From the NCBI GenBank assembly GCA_963665815.1, contig OY762463.1, positions 832,001-896,000 of the forward strand: a DNA stretch of 64,000 bases, written 5' to 3'. Each line of letters opens with the position of its first letter. Positions within the stretch are counted from its first letter, which is position 1. Shown here one piece after another: positions 31,517 to 40,696 of this stretch. The position numbers and the translations under genes are program-made. The DNA is from Candidatus Cloacimonadales bacterium. Lineage in GTDB: Bacteria > Cloacimonadota > Cloacimonadia > Cloacimonadales > JAIOQZ01. Below the pieces are notes generated by a model, which was given only the letters and a program-made list of their open reading frames with translations, searched no databases and was not told the DNA's origin.

Positions 31517-32348
31517 GGACTCTATGGCTAATATATTCAAAAAACACGAAGTATCAGATAAACTGTTTGAAAAATTCTCTAAACTTCTCTATGATAAAAC
31601 AGGTATTAATCTGCATTATGGCAAGAAACAACTTCTTCAATCACGTTTAAGCAAAGTTCTGCGAGAAAGGAATCTTGAGTCATTTGAAGAATATTATGAT
31701 ATTGTAATGCAGGATAAATCAAATCAGGAATTAGTAAAGCTGATAGATATTATATCAACAAATGTCACTTATTTTTTCAGAGAAGAAAAGCATTTCGAAT
31801 TCATGAAAAATGTCTGGATTGATGAAGTAGGATTAACCGGTGACACCTTGAACATCTGGAGTTCTGCTTGCTCAACAGGTGAGGAGCCTTATTCAATAGC
31901 CATACAGCTATTCGAGCTTCTTGGAAAATCCCGTAAATTCAATATACTTGCCTCCGACATCTCAACAAGAGTCTTAAAGACTGCTCAAAGAGGTGTATAT
32001 TCAATTGACAAGATAGACTCATTGTCGGTCCCGATGAAGAAGAAGTATTTTCTTAAGGGAAAAGGAGATTCAGCAGGATTTGTTAAAGTGAAGAAAGATC
32101 TTATTGATCCTATTGAGTACAGAAGAATAAATCTCATCGAAAATAATGCTTTTCAAAAAAAGTTTGATATAATTTTTTGTAGAAATGTAATGATATATTT
32201 TGATTCGCAGACAAAGAACAGCATTGTTAAAAAGTTTGAAACACATCTTAAAGACGGAGGATACCTGTTCATAGGGCACTCAGAATCGTTAAATGGTTTA
32301 GACCATAATCTGAAGTACATTGCCCCTGCGATCTACAGGAAAACTTAA
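31509..32348 (+). CDS. cheR: Chemotaxis methyltransferase CheR
   Basis: TNVTYFFRE, WSSACSTGEEPYS, IFCRNVMIYF, GHSESL; alternative start at 31524. Confidence 0.96.
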   Translation: MIEDSMANIFKKHEVSDKLFEKFSKLLYDKTGINLHYGKKQLLQSRLSKVLRERNLESFEEYYDIVMQDKSNQELVKLIDIISTNVTYFFREEKHFEFMKNVWIDEVGLTGDTLNIWSSACSTGEEPYSIAIQLFELLGKSRKFNILASDISTRVLKTAQRGVYSIDKIDSLSVPMKKKYFLKGKGDSAGFVKVKKDLIDPIEYRRINLIENNAFQKKFDIIFCRNVMIYFDSQTKNSIVKKFETHLKDGGYLFIGHSESLNGLDHNLKYIAPAIYRKT

Positions 32349-32833
32349 TGGCTATACATGATGTTGTCGAAAATAAATATTTGATTAAGCCCGGATATCT
32401 TGTTATTTATAAGGAAGACCTCCACGTATATGGAGTGCTTGCTTCCGGTGTCTTCGTTGCTTTATGCGATGAGCGAAAGAAATACTCAGGCTGCTGTTTC
32501 TATCTTTACCCAAATTCATACAAATCCAAAGATACGCCTAAATATGGTGATATTGCTGTAAGTCATCTCATTTCCAAGATGAAAAAGGAAGGATCATCGT
32601 TATCTGATATTAAAGCTCATGTTATCGGTGGTTCTATTAATGATAAAAATGACTATGGGAAAAAAAATACAGATAAGGCAATTGAACTGCTGAAGCGAAA
32701 CAATATTGAAGTTCATTCTGAAGATACCGGAGGGAGACTTGCCAGAAAATTCATTTATCATACAAAAACCGGAGAAAGTATGGTAATGAAGGTTCACAAT
32801 GTCAGAAAGAAAGACTGGTATCCATACTGTTAG
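32348..32833 (+). CDS. CheD-like protein, catalytic residues apparently lost
   Basis: IKPG, KYGDIAV, AHVIGG, GKKN, EDTGGRLARK are CheD-like, but LASGV/SGCCFY replace LGSC/GGMxH. Confidence 0.75.
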   Translation: MAIHDVVENKYLIKPGYLVIYKEDLHVYGVLASGVFVALCDERKKYSGCCFYLYPNSYKSKDTPKYGDIAVSHLISKMKKEGSSLSDIKAHVIGGSINDKNDYGKKNTDKAIELLKRNNIEVHSEDTGGRLARKFIYHTKTGESMVMKVHNVRKKDWYPYC

Positions 32834-32976
32834 AAAGCTCTACTTAATAGTCAAAACGTATGTTTCACAATATGAGACAAACTTAAAGATATATATACTT
32901 CCTCATCAGCAATAATTATTTGCTTTTTTGCACAGTTAGTTTAGATTTTAGATTAAATAACAATACAGGATGAGTT

Positions 32977-33459
32977 ATGGCAAAATACGTAGTCGTAAAC
33001 ATTGCAGACATGAAAATTTCTAATAAACCGGAAGACACACTCATCACATATTCATTAGGTTCATGTATTGCTGTTGTACTTTATGATCCACGCACTCGAA
33101 ACGGAGGAATGATACACATCATGCTTCCTGATTCAAAAATTGAGAGAGACAAATCAAAGATAATACCATATAAATATGTTGACACAGGTATTCCTTTACT
33201 GTTTAAATCATTATTTAAGATGGGATCAAAAAGAAACAGTATTGTCGTCAAAGTAATAGGCGGCAGCAACGTAATGGATAAAAATAAATTTTTTAATATT
33301 GGAGAAAGAAATTATGCAGCAGTACGTAAAATACTGTGGCGTAATAACATTATGATTTCAGCAGAAGATGTTGGCGGTAGTAAAAGCAGAACAGTAAAAC
33401 TTTTTTTGGATACAGGCAAAGTAGTTGTTTCAAATACTAAAGAGGAGTATGAAGTATGA
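32977..33459 (+). CDS. cheD: Chemoreceptor glutamine deamidase CheD
   Basis: LGSCIAV, GGMIHIMLP, KYVD, IGERN, EDVGGSKSR. Confidence 0.94.
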   Translation: MAKYVVVNIADMKISNKPEDTLITYSLGSCIAVVLYDPRTRNGGMIHIMLPDSKIERDKSKIIPYKYVDTGIPLLFKSLFKMGSKRNSIVVKVIGGSNVMDKNKFFNIGERNYAAVRKILWRNNIMISAEDVGGSKSRTVKLFLDTGKVVVSNTKEEYEV

Positions 33460-34292
33460 TTAAGATGTCAGATGTTATTGCGGACATTGAATTCCTTCCT
33501 CCATTTAGTAAGGTAGCTCAAAAAGCTCTTGAATTATTGAGAGAAAAAGACTTTACGATGAAAATGCTTGCCGAAATAATCATGTATGATGCAGCTCTTA
33601 CAGCTAATATTCTAAAAGTTGCCAACTCAGCAGCTTATACAAAGCATAATGAAGTAAACGATCTCCAAACTGCAATTTCCCTCATCGGATCAAAAGAGAT
33701 CAGTTCAATCATCATGATATCGGCCGCAAAAAAATACTTTGAGAATCAAATGGCAGGATATGAGATGTTTCAGGGAGAAATCTGGGAGCATTCACTTGCA
33801 GTTGCAATTATAAGCCAAAATCTACAGCATCTTGAACCCGGAATAGACAGTTCGGTATTGTATACGTCTGCATTACTCCATTCAATTGGAAAAATCGTTC
33901 TGAGCCAATATGTTCAAAAGGATATTGAACTTGTAAATGATCTTGCGTCTGAGGATTCATTCGACTTTATCACAATTGAGAGAAAAGTAGTTGGATTTAC
34001 TCATCCGGTTGTAGGCTCGGCTATCCTGAAAAAATGGAATTTTTCCCAGACAATCAGTGATGTTGCAAAATATTACAAAGAGCCGCATAAGTGTGACAGT
34101 CCCTATGTAAGACTTGTTGCCCTGGCAGACCATATTGCTGTGTTGATTGGGAAAACATCTCAGCGCGACGGATTGCAGTATAAAGGTTGCTCTGAATTAT
34201 TTGTAAAATACAATATCAAAAGCAGAGATCTGGATAACATTATATCTGCTTCAGTTGATAAAATAAATGAATTGATAGAAAGTTTTAAGTAA
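33456..34292 (+). CDS. Stand-alone HDOD domain protein
   Basis: LPPFS, ILKVANSA, WEHSLAVA, LLHSIGK, GFTHPVVG..ILKKWNF. Confidence 0.92.
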   Translation: MIKMSDVIADIEFLPPFSKVAQKALELLREKDFTMKMLAEIIMYDAALTANILKVANSAAYTKHNEVNDLQTAISLIGSKEISSIIMISAAKKYFENQMAGYEMFQGEIWEHSLAVAIISQNLQHLEPGIDSSVLYTSALLHSIGKIVLSQYVQKDIELVNDLASEDSFDFITIERKVVGFTHPVVGSAILKKWNFSQTISDVAKYYKEPHKCDSPYVRLVALADHIAVLIGKTSQRDGLQYKGCSELFVKYNIKSRDLDNIISASVDKINELIESFK

Positions 34293-34307
34293 CAGGAGAT
34301 TGAGCAT

Positions 34308-34733
34308 ATGCCATATAATATATTAGTTGTTGATGATTCAAGATCACTCAGAAAAGTTCTTATCAAAACAATCCGCATGTGTCATATTGGAGATACATCT
34401 TTCCTGCAGGCTGCCAATGGCAAAGAAGCTCTGGAAATTCTAAACCATGAATGGGTGGATGTAATATTCTCAGATATTAACATGCCGGTAATGGATGGAT
34501 ATGCTTTTATTGAAGAAGTGAGAAAAAATGATGTTTTTGCTCAAACTCCCATAATTGTAATAACATCAGAAACCAGACGCGATGAAATGGAATCGGTATT
34601 AGCCGGCAAAATTGCCGGAATTGTATCCAAACCTTTCAGACCCGAAGATATAAAACAATACTTAAACGAATTACTACATTTGGAGGAAGAATCATATGAG
34701 TATGATGACGAACCTGAGGGATTTGATTTCTAA
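34308..34733 (+). CDS. cheY: CheY-like single-domain response regulator with acidic tail
   Basis: VVDDS, SDINMPVMDG, ITSE, SKPF; located in the che cluster. Confidence 0.88.
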   Translation: MPYNILVVDDSRSLRKVLIKTIRMCHIGDTSFLQAANGKEALEILNHEWVDVIFSDINMPVMDGYAFIEEVRKNDVFAQTPIIVITSETRRDEMESVLAGKIAGIVSKPFRPEDIKQYLNELLHLEEESYEYDDEPEGFDF

Positions 34734-35118
34734 AGTTCTTGAAGAAATGTTTTTCATGATTGAGGAAACTCCTCCTGATGATACATCTGAAAATTATCAG
34801 TATGAGTCAGTTATTGATGATCCTTTTTTTACGATAAAAATACTTTTAGGCAAAGAACTTGCCATGGAAATTACGACAAATTTCCTGGGGATGGAAGACG
34901 ATATAGAAGAAGAAGATATCCATGATTGCCTGAAAGAAATAGTCAATATGTTTGCAGGTAACTTTATTGGAGATTATTACCCACAGCATGATAAACTCAT
35001 TCCAATTCCCGAAACAACACATATTGAGAATTACAACGTAGAAAATTATAAAGACTTTGAGTCTACTGTATTCTACTATGACAGTAAACCTTTAAAACTT
35101 TTACTTAAAGAGAAATAA
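34696..35118 (+). CDS. cheX: CheX/CheC-like phosphatase
   Basis: DCLKEIVNMFAGN ExxN motif; sits between cheY and cheB; GGAGGA RBS. Confidence 0.7.
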   Translation: MSMMTNLRDLISKVLEEMFFMIEETPPDDTSENYQYESVIDDPFFTIKILLGKELAMEITTNFLGMEDDIEEEDIHDCLKEIVNMFAGNFIGDYYPQHDKLIPIPETTHIENYNVENYKDFESTVFYYDSKPLKLLLKEK

Positions 35119-36149
35119 TGCGAAAAATCAGAGTTATAGTTGTTGATGACAGTGCCGTTGTAAGGCGGTCATTATCCCAGTTGATAAATAATGAACCGGA
35201 TATGGAAGTTATTGCTACAGCCCCCAATCCATATCTTGCAAGAGATAAAATTGTTGAGCTCAAACCGGATGTAATGACTTTGGATATTGAAATGCCGAGA
35301 ATGGATGGTATTACCTTCCTTGGAAAAGTCATGCATTATTTCCCCATTCCAACAGTCATTGTGAGTTCTGTTACCAAAAAAGGATGCCGTGTTTCAATGA
35401 GAGCACTTGAGATAGGAGCTGTAAGCGTTGTACCAAAACCATCCGAAGCATATTCTATCGAATCTATTGAAAATGATCTACTTATGGCTGTAAGATCTGC
35501 TTCAAGGGCTGTTATCAGGAAAAAGAGAAAAGTAGAAGCAATTACACCGGCACAAGATCTGCAAATTACTACAACAAACAAAATCATTGCCATTGGTGCA
35601 TCAACCGGTGGAACGGAAGCAATAAAAGAAGTACTTACAAGACTTCCCGGTAATTCTCCTGGAATTGTTATCGTGCAGCATATGCCTCCCGGATTCACTG
35701 CAGCATACGCAGAAAGACTTAACGGAATATGCAAAATGGAAGTGAAAGAAGCTCAGAACGGAGATGTTTGCAGACCCGGTGTTGCTTTACTTGCTCCCGG
35801 AGATTATCACATGGTACTCCGTAGAGTTGGTGCAAGGTATACGGTGAAAACCAAAAAAGGTCCAAGAGTATGGCATCAGAGACCTGCTGTTGATGTTCTG
35901 TTTAACTCTGTAGCAGAACACTCCGGTGTTAACTCTGTCGGTGTTCTGTTAACCGGTATGGGAAAAGATGGTGCAGACGGCTTGATGAAAATGAAAGAAA
36001 TGGGTTCAAGAACAGTCTGTCAGAATGAGGAATCCTGCGTTGTATATGGAATGCCGAGAGCTGCAGTTGAAATAGGTGCAGCAGACTATGTTGATGACTT
36101 GTATAAGATTTCTGACAGAGTTATCAAACTTCTTAAGCAGATTAAGTAA
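35118..36149 (+). CDS. cheB: Chemotaxis methylesterase CheB (REC plus esterase)
   Basis: LDIEMPRMDG; GASTGG, QHMP, RPAVDVLF, LTGMGKDG, VYGMP. Confidence 0.97.
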   Translation: MRKIRVIVVDDSAVVRRSLSQLINNEPDMEVIATAPNPYLARDKIVELKPDVMTLDIEMPRMDGITFLGKVMHYFPIPTVIVSSVTKKGCRVSMRALEIGAVSVVPKPSEAYSIESIENDLLMAVRSASRAVIRKKRKVEAITPAQDLQITTTNKIIAIGASTGGTEAIKEVLTRLPGNSPGIVIVQHMPPGFTAAYAERLNGICKMEVKEAQNGDVCRPGVALLAPGDYHMVLRRVGARYTVKTKKGPRVWHQRPAVDVLFNSVAEHSGVNSVGVLLTGMGKDGADGLMKMKEMGSRTVCQNEESCVVYGMPRAAVEIGAADYVDDLYKISDRVIKLLKQIK

Positions 36150-36187
36150 TTTCCTTGTAATCTTAAGTCACATGAATTTTCCTCAGC

Positions 36188-36760
36188 ATGAGTATTAAAG
36201 TTCTTCCATACGACAATAAATGGAATAAGGAGTTCATTCTTCTTAAGAATTTTCTGCAAGATAAAATCAATTTTAAAGGAATAGATATCCAGCATATTGG
36301 CAGCACTTCCGTAGAAGGTTTATGGGCAAAGCCAATAATTGACATAGATATAATTGTAGAGAAAGAAAATGAAAAACTCTCAGTTATTAACGATTTAGTA
36401 CATATTGGATACAATCATCTTGGAAATCTCGGAATTATTGGCAGAGAAGCATTTAGACTCAAGATAGAGCAAGCCCATTTTTTTTTTGGAAAACTCCAGT
36501 TCAAGCATAATCTCTACCTCTGCAAAAGAGGAATCTTGAGTTTGGAAAATCACTTGAGATTCAGAGATTACTTACGATTGCATCCTGAAGAATGCATGCA
36601 ATACAGTGAATTGAAAAGAAAGCTGGCAGCTAAATATCCTACCGATATAAACTCATATACTGAGGCAAAAACTGAATTCATAACCAGAATACTCAATGAA
36701 ACAGGAATATCAGTACTGGACATCATAGATATTACTTGCCAGAATAAAGTAAACTTATAA
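36188..36760 (+). CDS. GrpB family (UPF0157) protein
   Basis: HIGSTSVEGLWAKPIIDID, FRDYLR, YTEAKTEFI. Confidence 0.92.
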   Translation: MSIKVLPYDNKWNKEFILLKNFLQDKINFKGIDIQHIGSTSVEGLWAKPIIDIDIIVEKENEKLSVINDLVHIGYNHLGNLGIIGREAFRLKIEQAHFFFGKLQFKHNLYLCKRGILSLENHLRFRDYLRLHPEECMQYSELKRKLAAKYPTDINSYTEAKTEFITRILNETGISVLDIIDITCQNKVNL

Positions 36761-36778
36761 GAAATTTGTGAGGACTAA

Positions 36779-37597
36779 ATGAAAAGAAAAATTTACATAT
36801 CATTTGATTTTGAAGGACTCGGTGGAGTAACAAACTGGAAGGAAACATTTGATAACGAGAGATTCAACAGGCTTGCAACGGAACAGATTAACGTTTTCGT
36901 TGAAGGAATTCTTGAAAAACATCCAGATGCAGTAATTGTTCTTTGCGACTCCCATAGCAAAGGGCAAAATATTATCTGGGAACAGCTTAATCCTGCAATA
37001 ATATTGATAAAAGGTTATCCCAGAGTTTACTATATGGTTGAAGGACTTGATGAAACATTCACAGACTTCGTTTTGTTTGGCTACCACTCCCCTATTGGAA
37101 AAAAAGGGAACATGGATCACTCATACTCTGCTTCATCTATCCACAATATCACTGTCAATGGCAAAACTGTCGGTGAAGCTGAGATAAATACATTAGTAGC
37201 ATCTTACTACAATGTTCCACTCAGATTCTTTTATGCGGATTCGGATGCCGTGGCCTGGATGAATAACACCACTTCTGACAGAATTGATTATCTTGTGTCA
37301 AAGTATCCCATTTCTAGATTTTCTGCAGGTCTAATTCCATATGAGAAAAACCTTAATAATCTAAGAGATGCAGGGAAAACATTTACTGAAAGCCCCGGAT
37401 TTCTATATTCTGAAGCAGAATCCTACAAAATGACTATTGAACTTGCTGATACCGCAATTGCTTATGCTTGTCATGTAATTCCAGGAATAGAAGTTGTTGA
37501 TCCCAGAACTATCAGTGTTACAGCAGATAACCCATTGATAATGTATAAGTACCTAATGACTGTATTATCATGTTCAATTGCTGCTAAACATTTCTAA
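36779..37597 (+). CDS. dppA: M55 family D-aminopeptidase (DppA-like)
   Basis: ISFDFEG, DSH, GYHS, DHSY, VGEAEIN metal-ligand motifs. Confidence 0.88.
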   Translation: MKRKIYISFDFEGLGGVTNWKETFDNERFNRLATEQINVFVEGILEKHPDAVIVLCDSHSKGQNIIWEQLNPAIILIKGYPRVYYMVEGLDETFTDFVLFGYHSPIGKKGNMDHSYSASSIHNITVNGKTVGEAEINTLVASYYNVPLRFFYADSDAVAWMNNTTSDRIDYLVSKYPISRFSAGLIPYEKNLNNLRDAGKTFTESPGFLYSEAESYKMTIELADTAIAYACHVIPGIEVVDPRTISVTADNPLIMYKYLMTVLSCSIAAKHF

Positions 37598-38419
37598 GTG
37601 TCAATGATTAATGAAAATACTTCTTCCCCATCTCTGGCTGTCCTTAAAGCCTTTGGCTGCAAACATAATCCTGTAAAGATAACTGGTGGGCAAAACCATA
37701 ATTTCAGATCCGGAGACATTGTATTAAAACCAGCAGTTGATAATGAAGAAACTAACTGGATTGCAGAATTTTATTTAAATACTGTTATACCCGGTGTGAA
37801 ACTACCTGTCCCTGTTAGATGCATGAATGGCGAGTTCATTTTCAATGGTTGGCAGGCATGGGAGTATATAGATGGAGAACATAATTTCAAAGATTGGAAT
37901 AAAATCATTGAGGTGTGTCTTAGGTTTCATGATGGAATAAAACATGTTTCCAAGCCTGAGTACTTCCCCAAAAGAGAGCAAAATCCCTGGGTAGTTGCTG
38001 ATAAAGCTGTTTGGGATGGATTAGAAATGAACTTTCATCCTATTCTTAAGCCACATATTGAAAAACTTGAATCTCTTCTAAAACCTGTTAGTGATGAACC
38101 TCAACTTATTCATGGTGATTTTGGGGGGAATGTTTTGTTTTCAGCCAACAGTAATCCTGCAGTTATAGATTTCTCACCTTATTGGAGACCTGCTCAGTTT
38201 GCGATAGGCGTAATCATTGCTGATGCATTTGTCTGGAACAATGCAGGACGAGATATTTTCAAGATATTTCCTTCTGAAAGTCTACTACAGTATATCATTA
38301 GAGCTGAGTTAAGAAGAGTTATTGAACTGGACAGATTGTATTACATGTATGGAGTAAACAAGTTGAGTGAAATAAATCTGCACACAAAATTAATCAATCT
38401 TCTAACTAAAATATCATAA
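37598..38419 (+). CDS. Aminoglycoside-phosphotransferase-like kinase (TIGR02569-like)
   Basis: VLKAFG, GDIVLKP, PWVVADKAVW, QLIHGDFGGNVLF, VIDFSPYWRP; start 37598 (GTG) or 37604. Confidence 0.78.
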   Translation: MSMINENTSSPSLAVLKAFGCKHNPVKITGGQNHNFRSGDIVLKPAVDNEETNWIAEFYLNTVIPGVKLPVPVRCMNGEFIFNGWQAWEYIDGEHNFKDWNKIIEVCLRFHDGIKHVSKPEYFPKREQNPWVVADKAVWDGLEMNFHPILKPHIEKLESLLKPVSDEPQLIHGDFGGNVLFSANSNPAVIDFSPYWRPAQFAIGVIIADAFVWNNAGRDIFKIFPSESLLQYIIRAELRRVIELDRLYYMYGVNKLSEINLHTKLINLLTKIS

Positions 38420-38472
38420 ACGAATACACTTGCTGCCAATGAAGTAACAAACGAAAAAAAAGCTTAAGAAAA

Positions 38473-38500
38473 TTGACAAATTTCAATGAGAAGTTATTAT
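38473..38500 (+). promoter_or_regulatory. Putative sigma70 promoter
   Basis: TTGACA-N16-TATTAT. Confidence 0.45.
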
Positions 38501-38533
38501 ATTTATAATTAATTACACCTCATTGGAGCAAGT

Positions 38534-40450
38534 ATGGACAAAACCTTTTTTGAATATTTCAAAAAAGAATATATCAAAAATGAAGAGCACAGAAAAATAA
38601 TAGAGTTATGTCATAAATCATCTGATTTATGTTTTGAAGACAGTGCTAAAGCCATAGAGTATGCAAGTCTTGCTTTGGACACTGCAGAACAACTTACTGA
38701 TCCCGGTCATCATAACTTTAACATTCTTGCTTTGATTTCAGTTGCTTATGCATATTGGTATCATAACAATCTTACAGTTGGTGAAGCTTTTGCTCAAAGA
38801 GCTTTGGACATGCATAATGACTCTTACAGAAATCATATCTGCGAAGGACGTATATGGAGTTTACTTGCATTGTTTGCTGCCCAAAAAGGAGAATGGTCCC
38901 TTGCATTACATCATTTTGAGAAGGCAGTTAAAACTGAGATCAATGAGTGTTGTGGAGAAAACTTCAGAATGATGCAGTTAAACAATCTTGCTGGAGTACA
39001 TAATCATTTGGGAGACCTGAAAGCATCATTAAAAATCATCGAAGAAATTGTTGAACATTATAAATCAAATAAAAACTGGCTGACATATTGTCAGGTTCTG
39101 TTAAACAAAGCTGTTGTCCTTCATAAATTGAATGATTTAGATAATTCAATATTCGCAATAAATGAAGTTTTGGATGTTTACATAAATGAAAATTTAAGTA
39201 ATCTGGAAATGAAAGGATTAATTTACAGTAATCTTTCTGCAGTGAAGCTGGATAAAGATCAGAGCGAAACTGCAGAAGTAGAGATTGAAGAATCCTGGAA
39301 AGTAGAAAACAAAATTGGATTTTCTCACCATCATTTTGATCTGATAACCAATACCGTACGCTCTTTGACGAGAAGAGATAGATTAGATGAAGCAGAAAAA
39401 CTATTTAAGGAGAATATACAGAAAGTTCAAGTTGAAAATTGTTTAAATTACCCAAGGCTCCTCTCTGCCGGAATAATCCTCTATAAGAAGTTGGGAGACC
39501 TTCAGACTATTATAGATCTGCAAAATGATCTTCTACAATTTAAAGACAGAAATTTCGATCAAGCTCTTGCTGAACAGCAAGCTAAATTCAACGCAATATA
39601 TGAGTTTGAGAAAAGTGAAAACGAGAAAGAAATATACAGAATCAAGAACATACAACTTGCTACTCTCAATGAAGAACTATCTCAAGTTAATGATGAAGTG
39701 TCATCACAGAAAGAAAGCCTGATGAAACTGAATGAGCAATTACAAAACATGATTGCAACGAAAGACAGAATGTTTTCCGTTATTGCTCACGACGTTAGAA
39801 ATCCCTTTCAAAATCTCCTTACAACTCTGGAAAGCCTGACTGAGCATTATGATTCATTTTCAGATTCAGAAAAGAAGAAATACCTCTTTAAAAGTAATGA
39901 AATGGTCCATAAGCTTATTGATTTTTTTGAGAACTTACTCGAGTGGTCCAGAATTCAAACAGATTCAATCAGCGCAAAATTCATAGAACTTAAACTTGAT
40001 AAAATTATTAGTGATGTATTATACTTCTCTGAAGATAAGATTAAAATTAAAGAATTGAGTATTATCAGAGAATATGATGATGATATCGCCATTTGCGGAG
40101 ACTATCATATGATGCATTCAATTATCAGGAATCTCATCAACAACGCCATAAAGTTTTCTTTTCCACGTAAAAAGTTGATTATAAGAGCATTAAAGTTTGA
40201 TGATCTCACAGAAATCAGTATAATAGATGAAGGCACAGGTATTTCTGAGGATAACATTAAAAAGATATTCGACCCCGATATCATGTTTTCTAAGAATGGT
40301 ACTGACAAAGAAAGAGGTTTTGGACTTGGACTTGTTCTGACAAATGAATTTATAAAGAAACATAATGGAACAATTAAGTGTATTAGTACTCCCGGCAAAG
40401 GAACTACAATGAAGATTAGAATACCTTGCTGCAGATTTATGATTGAATAA
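38534..40450 (+). CDS. Cytoplasmic TPR-repeat sensor histidine kinase
   Basis: TPR helices (NNLAGVHNHLGD); coiled coil; SVIAHDVRNP, NNAIKFS, DEGTG, GFGLGL; no TM segment seen. Confidence 0.9.
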   Translation: MDKTFFEYFKKEYIKNEEHRKIIELCHKSSDLCFEDSAKAIEYASLALDTAEQLTDPGHHNFNILALISVAYAYWYHNNLTVGEAFAQRALDMHNDSYRNHICEGRIWSLLALFAAQKGEWSLALHHFEKAVKTEINECCGENFRMMQLNNLAGVHNHLGDLKASLKIIEEIVEHYKSNKNWLTYCQVLLNKAVVLHKLNDLDNSIFAINEVLDVYINENLSNLEMKGLIYSNLSAVKLDKDQSETAEVEIEESWKVENKIGFSHHHFDLITNTVRSLTRRDRLDEAEKLFKENIQKVQVENCLNYPRLLSAGIILYKKLGDLQTIIDLQNDLLQFKDRNFDQALAEQQAKFNAIYEFEKSENEKEIYRIKNIQLATLNEELSQVNDEVSSQKESLMKLNEQLQNMIATKDRMFSVIAHDVRNPFQNLLTTLESLTEHYDSFSDSEKKKYLFKSNEMVHKLIDFFENLLEWSRIQTDSISAKFIELKLDKIISDVLYFSEDKIKIKELSIIREYDDDIAICGDYHMMHSIIRNLINNAIKFSFPRKKLIIRALKFDDLTEISIIDEGTGISEDNIKKIFDPDIMFSKNGTDKERGFGLGLVLTNEFIKKHNGTIKCISTPGKGTTMKIRIPCCRFMIE

Positions 40451-40696
40451 ATTAAGACAAATAATTGAAATTTCCAGATTCACTCAATATGCAGCTATAT
40501 AGATCTTTATAACAATGAATTACAATTCAAATATTTTCCAATTCAAATATTGACTTGTTTTTGTAATAACTTTTTCTTGCATTGTTACTACACTGAATGA
40601 GACCTTTACATTATTGACTTATTGATGATATTTAGAAGGCTGAACTTTCACCCTATGCATAGAGGTCTCGTAAATAATTTTCACGCAGGAGAAAAA

